A stretch of DNA of 64,000 nucleotides from Sedimentisphaerales bacterium (GTDB lineage: Bacteria > Planctomycetota > Phycisphaerae > Sedimentisphaerales > SM23-30): the NCBI GenBank assembly GCA_963663965.2, contig CAXXFK010000030.1, positions 160,001 through 224,000 of the forward strand. Reading direction: 5' to 3'. Shown in pieces: positions 43,442 to 52,918 of the stretch; position 1 is the stretch's first letter, and every line of letters starts with the position of its first letter. Under the pieces are notes generated by a model that saw nothing but the letters and a program-made list of their open reading frames with translations, had not been told where the DNA came from and ran no database searches. Made by a program: the position numbers and the translations under genes.

Positions 43442-45173
43442 CCATGTTGTGACAGTCGATCCGCAACTGATTCCAGAAGCGAGTTGTGTGCGGGTATTGC
43501 CATTGTCGATTATGCTCGAGGGCCGGGAGGAAAGCCGGTTGAAGGTTATTAAGATCGAGCATGGGTCCGGTGTGGACGGCCGCCGGCTGCTGATGCGGTC
43601 GTGGCGGCCGGGGGATCATACGGCGCTGATGGGCGAATGTTATTCCGGACGTAAAGTGACTGTCTGGACACCTGTGACACAAGGGGGGAGGGCAAATGTC
43701 TGGCGGCGGCGGATTCTATTTGCCGGCCTGGTGGAATCGTGTCAGGTTATCCGCGGGAAGACTGCGACCTGTCTTGAAGTTATTGCCAGGGATTCGCTGC
43801 CTTCGGCATCTGCTACATGGATTGATTCATTCTGGGTCAATGATAATTATCAACCGCTGACGATCAAGAGCGGTCAGGTCGTCTTTAATCCGGAGGGTCT
43901 GCCAAACCGGACGGAGGGACGATATAAGCTTAAAGGGCATTCGGTGTATCTGTTTGAAGCTTTGGCTGAAAATGGCCGGTTGTGGACAGCCGGTGACGCG
44001 ATTGAATATTTATTGGCCCAGGTTGATGAAGCAATCGAGGTCTGTGGGCTGGAGTCTTTGAGAGAATCTCAGTATTGTTTGAACGCTCTTGAAGTAGCAG
44101 GATTAACCGTGATGCAGGCGATAGAGAAAATTGTCGAGGGGGCAGGCCGGTATTTTGTCTTGGATCGATGTCCGGTTGGTAATTGTATGACAGCGGTGAT
44201 GCGATTTACGGAGAATAGCACAGGGCGGCTGGTTCCCATTGCTGCCGGTTCGGCGGTCCGGTTGGATAGAACCCACTTTCGTTATCCCGTTTCAAATGGA
44301 GAAGCGAGATTACAGGTTATCGCAACCGGTGGGCTAAAACGCTATGAAAGCACGTTTGAGTTGATGCCCGGCTGGGACCGGTCGCTGGAAAGTCCGGATT
44401 ATGAATGCTATTCAGCCGCGACCAGTCCGGATTTTATCGCGGTGAAAGATGTGTTTCGCAAATGGGTGTTGAATGAAACCGGGCGCTACAGTCAGCCGCC
44501 TTTTGATAGCGGACCTCGCGCTGATCTGAGCGGCCTGTTCGAAGGGGATGCTTATACTATCTGTTCGCGGCGGTTTCTGCCGTGCATCAGCCGGGTAGAG
44601 AATGCATCTGCCGGGGTAACATTAAAAGGGGGCTATTATGTGGAGGTGTCTTATAACGGTGGCTATCGCTGGCTGCCTTATGATGGGGCCTGTCATATCC
44701 TGACGGATGAATGCGGGATTTATCTCAGTCATGGCCAGTTTGACCTGACGATGTGGATTGCCATCTGCAAAGATGTGCTGCGGATGCGTATCACCGCGTC
44801 TGTGGAAAGTGATACGCCTTTAAGAGAAGTGGTGACGATCCGGCCGGGAGTTGGATTTCAGAAAGCCCGGATGGCAACCTGTGATGCGGGTGACCGCTAT
44901 CGCTATTGGAAGGTAGCGCCCGGCAGCCGGTTTTATCGGGGTGTCAACAGTGCCGGGCAGTATGACGATGGCGCGGCATTGCGCCGGTATGCCTGGCAAT
45001 ATGGTAAAAGGTTGTTTGCCCAGGTTGAACCGGCACGTATCACGATACCCTGGCCGCGAATGGATATCCGGCCGGGCGATCAAATTGTCTGGCATGACGG
45101 TGAACGTAGTGGACAGGTTGAAAAGGTTGTGCTGGATTATAGTAACTGGCAGACAGAACTCTGGATTATTTGA
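43428..45173 (+). CDS. Large putative tail hub/baseplate-like protein
   Basis: 581 aa; ILFAGLVE, LEVIARD and terminal DIRPGDQI...VEKV patterns resemble tail-hub proteins. Confidence 0.5.
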   Translation: MDMDSHVVTVDPQLIPEASCVRVLPLSIMLEGREESRLKVIKIEHGSGVDGRRLLMRSWRPGDHTALMGECYSGRKVTVWTPVTQGGRANVWRRRILFAGLVESCQVIRGKTATCLEVIARDSLPSASATWIDSFWVNDNYQPLTIKSGQVVFNPEGLPNRTEGRYKLKGHSVYLFEALAENGRLWTAGDAIEYLLAQVDEAIEVCGLESLRESQYCLNALEVAGLTVMQAIEKIVEGAGRYFVLDRCPVGNCMTAVMRFTENSTGRLVPIAAGSAVRLDRTHFRYPVSNGEARLQVIATGGLKRYESTFELMPGWDRSLESPDYECYSAATSPDFIAVKDVFRKWVLNETGRYSQPPFDSGPRADLSGLFEGDAYTICSRRFLPCISRVENASAGVTLKGGYYVEVSYNGGYRWLPYDGACHILTDECGIYLSHGQFDLTMWIAICKDVLRMRITASVESDTPLREVVTIRPGVGFQKARMATCDAGDRYRYWKVAPGSRFYRGVNSAGQYDDGAALRRYAWQYGKRLFAQVEPARITIPWPRMDIRPGDQIVWHDGERSGQVEKVVLDYSNWQTELWII

Positions 45174-45186
45174 CAGGGAGAACGCG

Positions 45187-45471
45187 ATGAACACAATCAA
45201 TGAACATCTGGATCGACTGGTTTTGGAGCCAGGGCCGCCAGTTCCGGCGTGGACGGCGCGTGTTGCCGGTTGGTTGGAATACAATCGTTATGAACTGGAA
45301 CTGACCGAAATCGTTGCGGCCGGTCAGTCGCCTTTGCCGCTGCCGGGGCGGATATCGGCGTATAATCTGGCTGAGCCATTTCAGACCGCCGGAACGCTGG
45401 CAATCGGAACCAATGTGATCGTCTGGCGGGCGGGGTCGGTTTATGTCTTCAATGTGTCAGCCAATGTTTAG
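45187..45471 (+). CDS. Small hypothetical protein, last gene of the phage-like operon
   Basis: GGGAG RBS; 94 aa; AYNLAE...G.L..GT.V.V. Confidence 0.6.
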   Translation: MNTINEHLDRLVLEPGPPVPAWTARVAGWLEYNRYELELTEIVAAGQSPLPLPGRISAYNLAEPFQTAGTLAIGTNVIVWRAGSVYVFNVSANV

Positions 45472-45551
45472 ACTGGACGCTGTTGTCAATTTATTATATG
45501 ATCATGGTATCAGTGATGAAATATTAGACTCACTCTCATTCAGGACTTCCC

Positions 45552-46394
45552 ATGAAATCTCCCGCTATAAAAATAACGGTATTGATCGAAAACACGGTTT
45601 TCAAGCCCCGGTTGCTGGCTGAGCATGGCCTGTCGTTCTGGATCGATTATGGCAGCCGGCATATCCTGTTCGATACCGGTCAGAGTTCGGCGCTGGTCCA
45701 TAACGCTGAATGCCTGGGGATCGATTTGAGCCTGACTGATGCCATTGTGTTGAGTCACGGCCATTACGATCACACGGGCGGGCTGGTCGCGGTGAGTGAC
45801 TATTGTCCCGATGCCACGATTTATCTCTGCCGGGAAGCGACCCATATCAAATATTCCACCACGCGCGGCCATATCCATCAGGTGGGCATGCCGGAAGAGG
45901 CGCGCGAACTGATAATGGATAAAGAGGCGCGCGGTCAGGTGGTCTGGTGCGATAAACCGACTCCGGTTGCCGGTGGGTTGTGGTGTACCGGGCCGGTCCT
46001 GCGCCACTATCAACTGGAGGATCTGTGTGGAATTTTCGTACAGGATCCCCAGGGCGAACGTGAAGATACGATTCCGGACGACCAGTCGCTGGTGATCGAT
46101 ACGAATACGGGTCCGCTGGTGATGATGGGCTGCGGTCATGCCGGCGTGATGAATACCATTCGGCATATCCAGATGCTGCGTAATGACAAGACGATACGCG
46201 GCCTGTTTGGCGGCTTGCATCTGTCCGGCGGCGATACGGAACGGCTGAATACAACCATCGATTTTTTACGGGACGCCGGTTTGCGTTGTGCCGGTTCACT
46301 GCATTGCAGCGGCCGCGAGGCCACGCGCCGGATCGAACAAATCACAACTGAGGGTTATCACCGTCTCAGTACCGGTTCGGCTATCACGTTTTAG
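45552..46394 (+). CDS. MBL-fold metallo-hydrolase
   Basis: AEHGLS, LFDTG, LSHGHYDHTGG, GCGHAG, GGLHL, HCSG. Confidence 0.92.
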   Translation: MKSPAIKITVLIENTVFKPRLLAEHGLSFWIDYGSRHILFDTGQSSALVHNAECLGIDLSLTDAIVLSHGHYDHTGGLVAVSDYCPDATIYLCREATHIKYSTTRGHIHQVGMPEEARELIMDKEARGQVVWCDKPTPVAGGLWCTGPVLRHYQLEDLCGIFVQDPQGEREDTIPDDQSLVIDTNTGPLVMMGCGHAGVMNTIRHIQMLRNDKTIRGLFGGLHLSGGDTERLNTTIDFLRDAGLRCAGSLHCSGREATRRIEQITTEGYHRLSTGSAITF

Positions 46395-46514
46395 CAGGGG
46401 TGAATGCGATAGTTGGTTAGACTCGTACGAGAAAAATAATGTGAAAGATGGCAATCGTATCTTAACCGGGAGGCAAATCCTGCTGTGCCCCTGTTTGGTT
46501 CCGGCACTGCCGGG

Positions 46515-47426
46515 CTAAGGCCGGGGGTGGAATTTTTTGTGGATGGCGCGGAGGTATTCCTGATCGACATGGGTATAGATCTGGGTGGTGGTGACATCGG
46601 CGTGTCCCAGCATTTCCTGAACGGTGCGCAGGTCCGCGCCGCCCTGGAGCAGGTGCGAGCCGAAGCAATGGCGCAAGGTATGGGGCGTGACTTTGCCGAT
46701 CAGGCCGGCGACGGCGGCCGCCTTTTTGACAATGCGCCAGACTTCGATGCGGTCCAGCGCCCGGCCGGTTCGTGAGACAAACAACGTGCCGGGATCGCGT
46801 TTGATTGTCAGTTTGGGTCGCAACTCCCGCAGATACTGTTCCAGCACCGACTGGGCCAGTTCATAAAAGGGAATAATCCGTTCTTTGTTGCCTTTACCAA
46901 AGCAGCGAATGAACCGGATCTGAAAATTGACATCTTCCAGTTTGAGTCCGGCTACTTCCGAGGCCCGCATGCCGGTGGCGTAGAGGAGTTCCAGCAATGC
47001 CCGGTCCCGCAACGCCATGGGACTGGCCGGGTCGATACTTTCAACCAGACTGAGAGTGGACTGCTTGTTGAGTACCCGCGGCACCCGCTGCCAGGTCTTG
47101 GGGGTTTCCAGCGCCGCGCAGACATCTTTGGTGGTGAGATTTTCCAAAAGATGAAAACGCATGAACATCCGAACCGAGACCAGGTGGCGCGCGATGGAGG
47201 CGGTGGAGAGTTTATCTTCCGCGAGGAAACGCGCGTATTCCTGGACCACCAGTGGCGAGATCCGATCCACGGCATCGAGGCCGTTCTGGCGGCAGTACCG
47301 GTCGAATTTTTTCAGATCCCGACGATAAGAGATAATGGTATTGGCTGCCAGGCCGCATTCGATCCGCAGGTAATGCATAAACGGCTCGATTTGACTGTCA
47401 GGCCAGACCAGATGCGATTCAGACAT
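46515..47426 (-). CDS. xerD: Tyrosine recombinase XerD
   Basis: GLAANTIISYRRDL, RDRALLELLYATGMRASE, GKGNKER, TPHTLRH, LGHADVTTTQIYTHV, KFHPR. Confidence 0.92.
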   Translation of the reverse strand: MSESHLVWPDSQIEPFMHYLRIECGLAANTIISYRRDLKKFDRYCRQNGLDAVDRISPLVVQEYARFLAEDKLSTASIARHLVSVRMFMRFHLLENLTTKDVCAALETPKTWQRVPRVLNKQSTLSLVESIDPASPMALRDRALLELLYATGMRASEVAGLKLEDVNFQIRFIRCFGKGNKERIIPFYELAQSVLEQYLRELRPKLTIKRDPGTLFVSRTGRALDRIEVWRIVKKAAAVAGLIGKVTPHTLRHCFGSHLLQGGADLRTVQEMLGHADVTTTQIYTHVDQEYLRAIHKKFHPRP

Positions 47427-47452
47427 AAGCTTTTTGTTTTAATGATAATCGG

Positions 47453-47653
47453 TTATGAATGAGCCAGAACCAGTTCTTCGGCGTGATGGTTTTCTTCGGT
47501 TGCGGATAGCTGCGTTTCCAGTTTTGTCATATTGCGGTAAATGGGACACTGGCGGAAGTTATCCACGCAATAGATCATGGCTTCATTCAAGTTTTGAAGG
47601 TTCAGGTGCTCACTGCATTTGGGTCGTAAGGTATCGATAAATGGACAGTCCAT
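47453..47653 (-). CDS. Small four-cysteine protein
   Basis: MDCPF.....C................C.....CPIY; AAAGGAAA RBS; co-oriented with xerD. Confidence 0.7.
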   Translation of the reverse strand: MDCPFIDTLRPKCSEHLNLQNLNEAMIYCVDNFRQCPIYRNMTKLETQLSATEENHHAEELVLAHS

Positions 47654-47852
47654 TATTTTCCTTTCATTTGGCTATTCATATACCATCGACCAATACCCCT
47701 GTTTTTCATCAATCATTTTAGAGTGTTTATCTGAGCGCCTAAGTCCTTTAAAATTAACAACAAACCAACAGAATGATCATCACTCGTAAACAAATATCTG
47801 ATCATTTGACAGATAGGATACAAGGGGAATTGGCTATGACGACCCTTGAAAT

Positions 47853-47952
47853 AAAAAAAGTGAACCAGCGAAAAAGAGTGTGTGGCTGAGAGAACGCTGG
47901 TCCACTGAGTTTCAGAGCAGGTATGGAACACCTGCACTGTTCGTTGATCGTA
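47853..47952 (-). ncRNA. Candidate ~100-nt small RNA
   Basis: Promoter upstream, 7-bp hairpin, 12-bp terminator stem with a CU-rich loop and T7; no ORF. Confidence 0.6.
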
Positions 47953-47957
47953 TCAGA

Positions 47958-47986
47958 ATAATACGCGATTTGAGCCGGCAAGTCAA
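47958..47986 (-). promoter_or_regulatory. sigma70-type promoter
   Basis: TTGACT-17 nt-TATTAT on the minus strand. Confidence 0.7.
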
Positions 47987-48146
47987 GTTATTTCAATTGG
48001 TTAGGGGGGAGCAGGTGGCTTTCGGCCCGACAATGATTATCGAAAGCGGGGTTGACGGCCCTGATCAAATTTAACTTATTTCAGAAATAATAATGACATA
48101 ATGTTATCGATATGACGAAATCCGCAATAAATACAACCGCGAATTA

Positions 48147-48710
48147 ATATCCGCCGCCTGGCTGGGGCACGATCCCAACGATCCAGCGTGGCAGGCCGAC
48201 CCGAACCTGGTTAATCCAAACGCTGCGGCTATATGGAAATCAGTCTGCAATCTGGATGCCACCGGAGGTAGTCAGTATGCCATTGACATACCTGATTTGA
48301 CGGCGTTCTGTGATGAATGGCTGTGGCAGGCCTGCTGGCGCGAGAACTATCTGGCGTATACCAGCGCTATGGCAGGCGGCGGCGAGATGATGGCCATGAC
48401 CGTCCCCATGTTCGAAACGTTGTCAACCATTCTGATCGCCGAAGCCGATGCGTATGTCCCGGTTAATCCCTATGTCGATCTGTCCCGCGCTGAACTGGCC
48501 CGGCTGGCTATCAATGCCTCTGAAATCATAGGTTATATCGAAGCGGAATTAGAGAATGAACCCGATAATGCCGAGGCGTTAATTGAGGGTCTGGAATTCC
48601 TGCGATCGATTTTATCGGACATTCGTGAAGTGTTACAGTCCCATCTTGACATGAAGCCTCGCGATTTGATACAATCGGATGAACAAAGTTTAAGGAGAAC
48701 CGGATTATGA
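48147..48710 (+). pseudogene. Headless C-terminal (dockerin-like plus acidic helical) fragment, repeat unit 1
   Basis: ISAAWLGHDPNDP...CNLDATGGSQYAID..DL..FCDEWLW; the frame upstream hits a stop at 48099 with no start codon. Confidence 0.65.
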
Positions 48711-49321
48711 AAAGATTATGGTTTATTCTGTTGGGTGTCTGTTTGATGATAACGGCAGTAAAAGCAAGTTATCTGGATGGTTATATTACCACTGGCGAAT
48801 ATGAATACACAGTGAGATGGTCTGGCTACGATCCCCCTTTGATTGTCGATGGGGGGGGGGGGGATAGTTTTGAAATAGACAATGGCTTGTTGGAGGTCTG
48901 GTCCACTTCTCAACCCGTTGATAATAATCATGGTATTTATGATATTATCTTGTCCCACAATAGTACACTGTTGTTTCTCGATGGTGCCCTTGATCTGTTA
49001 TCCACTTATCACAATGCTATGGCAGTTTTTAAAGGCGGTCAGATCAATATGATCCGCTGTATGCAACTGGTTGAAGGTACGCCGCATATCACGATTGAAT
49101 GCCGTCCCGGCTGGAACTGGATCTATGACAATCAGAGCGCCATTAAGGGTGTTGCCGGCCTGTGGGCGGATGATTCGGTTTTTTCCATCCAGTTCATCGA
49201 TAAAACCGACCGCGGTTACGATCCGGTCTGGCAAAATATCAAGATTGTGGAAGTGCCCGAACCAACCACTTTGAGTTTATTAGCCCTGGGTGGATTCTGG
49301 TTAAAACGGCGGCCCTGTTAA
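48707..49321 (+). CDS. PEP-CTERM surface protein, copy 1 (G13 tract, in frame)
   Basis: Signal peptide, VPEPTTLSLLALGGFWLKRR; AAGGAG RBS. Confidence 0.9.
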   Translation: MKRLWFILLGVCLMITAVKASYLDGYITTGEYEYTVRWSGYDPPLIVDGGGGDSFEIDNGLLEVWSTSQPVDNNHGIYDIILSHNSTLLFLDGALDLLSTYHNAMAVFKGGQINMIRCMQLVEGTPHITIECRPGWNWIYDNQSAIKGVAGLWADDSVFSIQFIDKTDRGYDPVWQNIKIVEVPEPTTLSLLALGGFWLKRRPC

Positions 49322-49340
49322 GGTAAATACATCGCACATC

Positions 49341-49383
49341 AAAACCTCCGGATGGTTATCTATCCGGAGGTTTTTCCTTTTTT
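49341..49383 (+). terminator. Intrinsic terminator (repeated at 50384-50425)
   Basis: AAAACCTCCGGAT...ATCCGGAGGTTTTT. Confidence 0.8.
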
Positions 49384-49400
49384 GTGCGAAGAGCGGCTAA

Positions 49401-49752
49401 TTATAGTTCTATGGCAGGCGGCGGCGAGATGATGGCCATGACCGTCCCCATGTTCGAAACGTTGTCAACCAGCCTGATCACCGAAGCCGATGCGTATGCC
49501 CCGGTCAATCCCTATGCCGATCTGTCCCGCGCCGAACTGGCCCGGTTGGCCGTCAACGCCTATGAAATCATGGGCTATATCGAAGCGGAATTAGCAAACG
49601 AATCCGATAACGCCGAGGCGTTAATTGAGGGTTTGGAATTCCTGCGATCGATTTTATCGGACATACGCGAGGTGTTGCAGTCCCATCTTGACATGAGACC
49701 CCGTGATTTGATACAATCGGGTGAGCAAAGTATAAGGAGAACCGGATTATGA
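49401..49752 (+). pseudogene. Headless C-terminal fragment, repeat unit 2 (shorter)
   Basis: Near-identical to units 1 and 3 from YSSMAGGGE onward. Confidence 0.65.
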
Positions 49753-50364
49753 AAAGATTATGGTTGATTCTGTTGGGGATCTGTTTGTTTGTAACAACGA
49801 GTAATGCTGGCTATCTGGATGGCTATATTACCGCCGGCGAATATGAATATGGTGTCAGGTGGTCTGGTTACGATCCCCCTTTGATTGTCGATGGGGGGGG
49901 GGGGGGATACCATTGAAATAGACTATGGACGATTAGAGGTTTGGTCCACTTCTCAACCCGTTGATAATAATCATGGGATTCTTGATATTTCTTTATCACA
50001 TGACAGTTCATTGTTGTTTTTGGGTGGCGCTTTAGATTTGTTGTCGACTAGTCATAATTCTACAGCAATCTTTAAAGGCGGTCAGATCAATATGATCCGT
50101 TGTATGCAACTGGTTGAAGGTACGCCGCATATCACGATTGAATGTCAGCCCGGTTGGAACTGGATCTATGACAATCAGAGCGCCATTAAGGGCATCGCCG
50201 GTCTGTGGGCGGATGATACCGCCTTTTCCATCCAGTTCATCGATAAAACCGACCGCGGTTACGATCCGGTCTGGCAAAATATTAAGATTGTGGAAGTGCC
50301 CGAACCTGCCACTTTGAGTTTATTAGCCTTGGGTGGATTCTGGTTAAAACGGCGGACCTGTTAA
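49749..50364 (+). pseudogene. PEP-CTERM surface protein, copy 2, frameshifted in a G14 tract
   Basis: ATG 49749 to TAA 50364 is 616 nt versus 615 for copy 1; extra G in run 49893-49906; otherwise intact. Confidence 0.85.
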
Positions 50365-50447
50365 GGTAAATACATCACACCTCAAAACCTCCGGATGGTT
50401 ATCTATTCGGAGGTTTTTCCTTTTTGTGCGAAGAGCGGCTAAGTATC

Positions 50448-50945
50448 ATGCGTGACGCCGCGGCCATCTGGAAATCGGCCTGTAACCTGGATGCCACCGG
50501 CGCCAGTCAGTATGCCATCGATACGGTCGATTTGGCGGCCTTTTGTGATGAATGGCTGTGGCAGGCCTGCTGGCGCGAAAATTACCTGGCTTATTATAGT
50601 TCTATGGCAGGCGGCGGCGAGATGATGGCCATGACCGTCCCCATGTTCGAAACGCTGTCAACCAGTCTGATCACTGAAGCCGATGCGTATGTCCCGGTCA
50701 ATCCCTATGCTGATCTGTCCCGTGCCGAGTTAACCCGGCTGGCTATCAATGCCTCTGAAATAATGGGCTATATCGAAACGGAATTAGAAAATGAAACGGA
50801 TAACGCTGAGGCCCTGGTCGAAGGGTTGGAATTCCTGCAATCGATTTTATCGGACATTCGCGAGGTTTTGCAGTCCCATCTTGACATGAAGCCTCGCGAT
50901 TTGATACAATCAGATGAACAAGGCATAAGGAGAACCGGATTATGA
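50448..50945 (+). pseudogene. C-terminal fragment, repeat unit 3
   Basis: DAAAIWKSACNLDATG...; possible ATG at 50448 with a weak RBS. Confidence 0.6.
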
Positions 50946-51565
50946 AAAGATTATGGTTAATTTTATTGGGTATATGTTTATTTGTAACAACGAGCAATGC
51001 CAGCTATCTGGATGGCTTTATCTCGGCAGGTGAATATATTAATACCGTAAAATGGACAAGTTATGATCCTCCCTTGATTGTTAATGGGGGGGGGGGTAAC
51101 AGTATCGAAATTGATTATGGTCGCATAGAGGTTTGGTCCACTTCGTTGCCACTGGAACAGCATGTGTCGGGAATATTTGACTTGGGCTTATCGCATAGTA
51201 GCTCGCTTATTTTTTATGATGGCGCCTTGGAGTTGTTATCAACGCACCATAATGCTACAGCGCTTTTTAAGGGCGGTCAGGTTAATATGATTCGTTGCTT
51301 TCAATTAGTTGAGGGCACGCCGCACATCACGATTGAATGTCAGCCCGGCTGGAACTGGATCTATGACAATCAGAGCGCCATTAAGGGCATCGCCGGTCTG
51401 TGGGCGGATGATACAGCCTTTTCCATCCAGTTCATCGACAAAGTCGATATCTTTGGCTTCGACCCGGTTTGGCAAAATATCAAGATTGTGGAAGTGCCCG
51501 AACCAACCAGCCTGCTCTTACTGGGCCTCGGCGCGCTGGCCATCAAACGCCAACGGCGTTTGTGA
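50942..51565 (+). CDS. PEP-CTERM surface protein, copy 3 (G11 tract, in frame)
   Basis: Signal peptide, VPEPTSLLLLGLGALAIKRQRR. Confidence 0.9.
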   Translation: MKRLWLILLGICLFVTTSNASYLDGFISAGEYINTVKWTSYDPPLIVNGGGGNSIEIDYGRIEVWSTSLPLEQHVSGIFDLGLSHSSSLIFYDGALELLSTHHNATALFKGGQVNMIRCFQLVEGTPHITIECQPGWNWIYDNQSAIKGIAGLWADDTAFSIQFIDKVDIFGFDPVWQNIKIVEVPEPTSLLLLGLGALAIKRQRRL

Positions 51566-51587
51566 TCGTCACTCATACAAAGAATTC

Positions 51588-51618
51588 AAGCCGGATATCA
51601 CAAGGTTATCCGGCTTTT
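51588..51618. terminator. Bidirectional terminator
   Basis: AAGCCGGATA...TATCCGGCTTTT between convergent genes. Confidence 0.7.
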
Positions 51619-52780
51619 ATTGATTCAGGCAAGTCTCCAGCAGTTGTGCGGCTTTATCGATGGGGATCCCGAATCCGGCGCCGTCGAAATCGCGGATCAG
51701 GGCGGCGTTGACGGCGACGACCCGGCCCTGTTTATCGACGACGGGTGAACCGGAAGCGCCCTGGGCGGTCGAGGCGTCGTAAATAATCCGGTCGCCGGCC
51801 ACTTTGCCGCACATGCCGCGGGTTGCCAGCGGTCCAATCAGTTGCAGGCGCGCCAGGTTTTCGGCAATCTGCATGGCCTGGGTCTGAAGCTGCGCGGTTC
51901 CCCGATTGCCGTCGGGGCTTACCAGGCGGGCCGCCAACAGGTCCAGGCCCCGCGGGTAACCCAGGATCAATAAAGTCTGGCCGGGTTGAACCGAACCGGC
52001 GCTGCCGAATGCCAGCGGCGGCAGTTCGGGGTTCGTGCGGCATTGCACAATGGCCAGATCATCGTCCGGGCTTTTCGCGCGTACGGTCAGCTCGATCGGC
52101 TTGCGTAATTCCGGGAAAAAGGCGCGTAAGACATGCACTTTGGGCTGGTAGCCCGCGTTGATACAATGCTGATAGGTCTGGTCCGCGCTCCAGGGCTCGA
52201 TGACATGACGGTTGGTGACGATATAGCCATCGCTGTGGACCAGAAAACCCGTTCCGGTAAAGTGGATTTTGAGGATATCGCCCACTCCCTCGGTTGAAAC
52301 CGTGGCGGCGGCCGGTTCGATGGGGGAGTCATCCTCAACCGGGTCCGGCGGATCGACATAGCGCAACGGCAGCCCGGTCTGCGGTTCGACAAAGATATAT
52401 TCACCCTGGATCAGGCAGATACTCCCGGACAGGTCATGGATGACGCGGGATTCCTGCTCGTCCGCATCGTCAATAATATACTGACCGATCCGGTCCAGCT
52501 GCGATTCGGTCTGACTGATGCGGTTGTCCACGTTGCGCTGCAAAGAGTCCAGGGTGTAGTTCAGTTCTTTCGAGCGTTCTTCCAGAACCGCCGAATGCTG
52601 ATTTAACGCGCCGATCCGGTCCACCTGGGTCAGGACCAAGCGTGAGTCGATCTGATTATTGCGTAACTCCTGGATCTGTTGATATTGACGTAAGCTCATC
52701 AGACCCAGGGCGCAGACCGCCAGCGCCAGTACGGCGATGGTCAGATAGGGCGGGCGTTTATGGTGCGACAGGTGCGTCAT
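51617..52780 (-). CDS. Membrane-anchored trypsin-like (S1C) serine protease
   Basis: GTGF, VTNRHV, DDLAI, GASGSP; N-terminal TM plus coiled coil. Confidence 0.9.
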   Translation of the reverse strand: MTHLSHHKRPPYLTIAVLALAVCALGLMSLRQYQQIQELRNNQIDSRLVLTQVDRIGALNQHSAVLEERSKELNYTLDSLQRNVDNRISQTESQLDRIGQYIIDDADEQESRVIHDLSGSICLIQGEYIFVEPQTGLPLRYVDPPDPVEDDSPIEPAAATVSTEGVGDILKIHFTGTGFLVHSDGYIVTNRHVIEPWSADQTYQHCINAGYQPKVHVLRAFFPELRKPIELTVRAKSPDDDLAIVQCRTNPELPPLAFGSAGSVQPGQTLLILGYPRGLDLLAARLVSPDGNRGTAQLQTQAMQIAENLARLQLIGPLATRGMCGKVAGDRIIYDASTAQGASGSPVVDKQGRVVAVNAALIRDFDGAGFGIPIDKAAQLLETCLNQ

Positions 52781-52918
52781 AACAAACTTTTCTCCGGGTG
52801 ACAACTACCTTGCTAGTATCGTCGGACTGTCGACCGGAAATAACCTGGTGAGTAAAAAAGTCTGTCTATAACGTTGAAAAGGATTTGTTAGTACTGAAAA
52901 GGCGGACCGGGCAACGGA

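Noticed and set aside
46515..47426. Tyrosine recombinase as integrase of the phage-like operon
   Set aside because: Size and motifs are those of housekeeping XerD; it is separated from the operon by a host MBL hydrolase, and no att repeats or tRNA target were seen
48085..48110. dif-like site near xerD (ATAATGACATAATGTTA)
   Set aside because: Spacer length and arms do not fit the 11-6-11 dif consensus
48147..51565. Diversity-generating retroelement in the PEP-CTERM repeats
   Set aside because: Differences are not adenine-restricted, whole genes are duplicated, and there is no reverse transcriptase in the window
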